A stretch of 59,326 nt of DNA, from NCBI GenBank assembly GCA_003251775.1, contig QKEK01000186.1, positions 1 to 59,326 of the forward strand. Direction: 5' to 3'. Shown here in pieces: positions 57,715 to 59,326 of the stretch; position 1 is the first letter of the stretch, and every line of letters starts with the position of its first letter. The notes beneath the pieces are model-generated. The model saw nothing but the letters and a program-made list of their open reading frames with translations. It searched no databases and was not told where the DNA came from. This DNA comes from Clostridia bacterium. GTDB taxonomy: Bacteria; Bacillota; Clostridia; DSM-8532; SZUA-474. The translations under genes were made by a program, and so were the position numbers.

Positions 57715-58557
57715 TTAAATCAATTCACTAAACTTCCCAATATAATATATTAAAACAAAAAAAATGCTCTGTGAGATTTCAATCATAAACCCACAGGTAT
57801 CACCAGTCATTCCGCCAATCTTGCTCTTTATCCATTTCAGAATAAAAAAAGAAATAATTGAAAGCAATATTATAGCTATAACACTATCAAGTCGGCAACT
57901 CCAATATACAACGACTAGAATAATAGCAACTAACATTAGGAATGAGAAAAATGCTTTAGTTACAGTACAAGCCTCCACAAAGGTAGTCCCCATTCCCTTA
58001 ACAGGCTTTGCATACTGACTGTTTGAGCATGTAATAATCACAACAACTCTCCCAACAACAGGAAATATAATAATATATATCAGCGGTAAATTAGCAAGCA
58101 TAACAACATTAATTAAAGATACCATCACAATACCAAGTACACCAAATGTGCCTATTCTGCTATCCTGCATTATTTCAAAAATTCTATTTTTATCTCTGTT
58201 ACTGAAAAAACCGTCAAAGGTGTCGGCTAGACCATCAATATGTAAGCCACCAGTAATCCAGACATACAACAGCCACGATATTACAGCCGTAATATACCTA
58301 CTAGTACTAAAGGCATGATTTTGGGTTAAAAAACTATTTTTAAATAATAATTCAATCACTTCAAGCCCACTGAGCTCACTTTGTACTGTGCTAAAGAACA
58401 CCTCTATAAGTGCAGGAATAAAAGCAAATAATCCTATTATTACACCAATTAAAGGGAACAAAATAATTCCCTTACTTAAATCCTTTTCATTATAGTCATA
58501 CCTATAACGAATTGGTATTCTTGTGAAATAGACAATCATTAATAAAAAGCTTTTCAA
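57715..58557 (-). CDS. cobS: Adenosylcobinamide-GDP ribazoletransferase (cobalamin synthase)
   Basis: FTRIP, TGGLHIDGLADTFDG, IMQDSRIGTFG, GGMTGDTCG. TTG start after AGGAGG. Confidence 0.95.
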   Translation of the reverse strand: MKSFLLMIVYFTRIPIRYRYDYNEKDLSKGIILFPLIGVIIGLFAFIPALIEVFFSTVQSELSGLEVIELLFKNSFLTQNHAFSTSRYITAVISWLLYVWITGGLHIDGLADTFDGFFSNRDKNRIFEIMQDSRIGTFGVLGIVMVSLINVVMLANLPLIYIIIFPVVGRVVVIITCSNSQYAKPVKGMGTTFVEACTVTKAFFSFLMLVAIILVVVYWSCRLDSVIAIILLSIISFFILKWIKSKIGGMTGDTCGFMIEISQSIFFVLIYYIGKFSELI

Positions 58558-58586
58558 GAAAGTCCTCCTATAATTCTTCTAGAACA

Positions 58587-58614
58587 ATTATATATCACCA
58601 GATTTTAAAGTCAA
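58587..58614 (-). promoter_or_regulatory. Candidate internal sigmaA promoter for cobS-cobT
   Basis: TTGACT-N16-TATAAT in the cobU-cobS gap. Confidence 0.45.
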
Positions 58615-58753
58615 TGTAATATCTTATCTAATAAAATTGCGTTGTCAATGTTTCTGTATATTTATTCAAAACAACAACGCAATACACTCTTCAAGAGTTT
58701 CTTGTTATGGTAAATCATGGTAGTGTTGTTTAAGTACAGTCTTAGGAATTTAA

Positions 58754-59314
58754 CTATTTTATCCGCATCGGTATTCCAGAGACCGCTAAATAAACCTCAT
58801 CAGCTTCACTTGCAATAAATTGATTCATCCTACCTGATATATCCCTAAAGTAATTCCCCATTTTATATGCAGGCACTAGCCCCATACCCACCTCATTAGT
58901 TACGAATATTATATTTTTACCATGTTTCCTTGTCAGTTGTATCAGGGAGTTTATCTCTTCCTTAATACTTAGCTCTAAAGCATCAATTTTGTTCATATCA
59001 CATGCTTCAAAATCTAAACCACTGTCCATCATTAGGTTTGTAATAAGAATAGTCACACAATCTAAGAGTAGCGTTTGTGCTTCACAGAAAGCTTTTACCC
59101 CTTCTAGCTGATTAAACTCCTTATATTTTTCTATTGTCATCCACTCCTGTGGTCTGGAGCTTTGGTGCTTACATATTCTATCCTTCATTCCTTCGTCAAA
59201 AGCCAGAGCTGTTGCAATATAAGCTACTCTTTGCTGACTTTCTTTTGCAAGCTTCTCAGCGAAGGTACTTTTACCACTTCTTGCTCCGCCTGTGACCATA
59301 ATAAGCTTAGACAT
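58754..59314 (-). CDS. cobU: Adenosylcobinamide kinase / adenosylcobinamide-phosphate guanylyltransferase
   Basis: GGARSGKS, YIATA, H..SRP, LLDC, NEVGMG.VP, FRD..GR.NQ. Confidence 0.96.
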   Translation of the reverse strand: MSKLIMVTGGARSGKSTFAEKLAKESQQRVAYIATALAFDEGMKDRICKHQSSRPQEWMTIEKYKEFNQLEGVKAFCEAQTLLLDCVTILITNLMMDSGLDFEACDMNKIDALELSIKEEINSLIQLTRKHGKNIIFVTNEVGMGLVPAYKMGNYFRDISGRMNQFIASEADEVYLAVSGIPMRIK

Positions 59315-59326
59315 ATATTTTCTCCT

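Noticed and set aside
1738-58018. Numerous short S/I/L/F-rich plus-strand ORFs in the track (e.g. 6226, 13177, 29780, 47834, 49644)
   Set aside because: They lie antisense to well-supported genes and show no recognisable motifs.

Overview
AT-rich chromosomal window from a motile, spore-forming Clostridia-type Firmicute; gene content and order resemble Acetivibrio/Ruminiclostridium (inference). All but two supported genes lie on the minus strand. Left to right it holds: a GerMN-domain gene running off the left edge; a ~19.5 kb anaerobic cobalamin/tetrapyrrole cluster (cbiMNQO-cbiC-D-ET-L-F-G-hemA-cbiH-cbiJ-sirC-hemC-cobA/hemD-hemB-hemL-cbiX-cbiA) headed by a cobalamin riboswitch; a carbohydrate ABC transporter with a divergent AraC regulator; a shortened spoIIE, comEA and a D,D-carboxypeptidase; rnj, a GT4 glycosyltransferase, cca, tex and a DUF2161-like gene; the distal flagellar/chemotaxis cluster (flhA to fliA and fapA), detached from flhB and with its own promoter; a YitT-family gene; and cobU-cobS-cobT. 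The coding content is mostly ordinary. The unexplained signal is non-coding. Two different ~210-220 nt rod-like palindromes flank a probable transposase scrap at 32.4-33.2 kb, and one has an internally deleted, covarying copy that supplies the cbiA stop codon. A 53-bp cassette is shared by the hemC and cbiD translation starts. Two more short dispersed repeat families and several VNTRs are also present. No rRNA, tRNA, CRISPR array or intact transposase was found.
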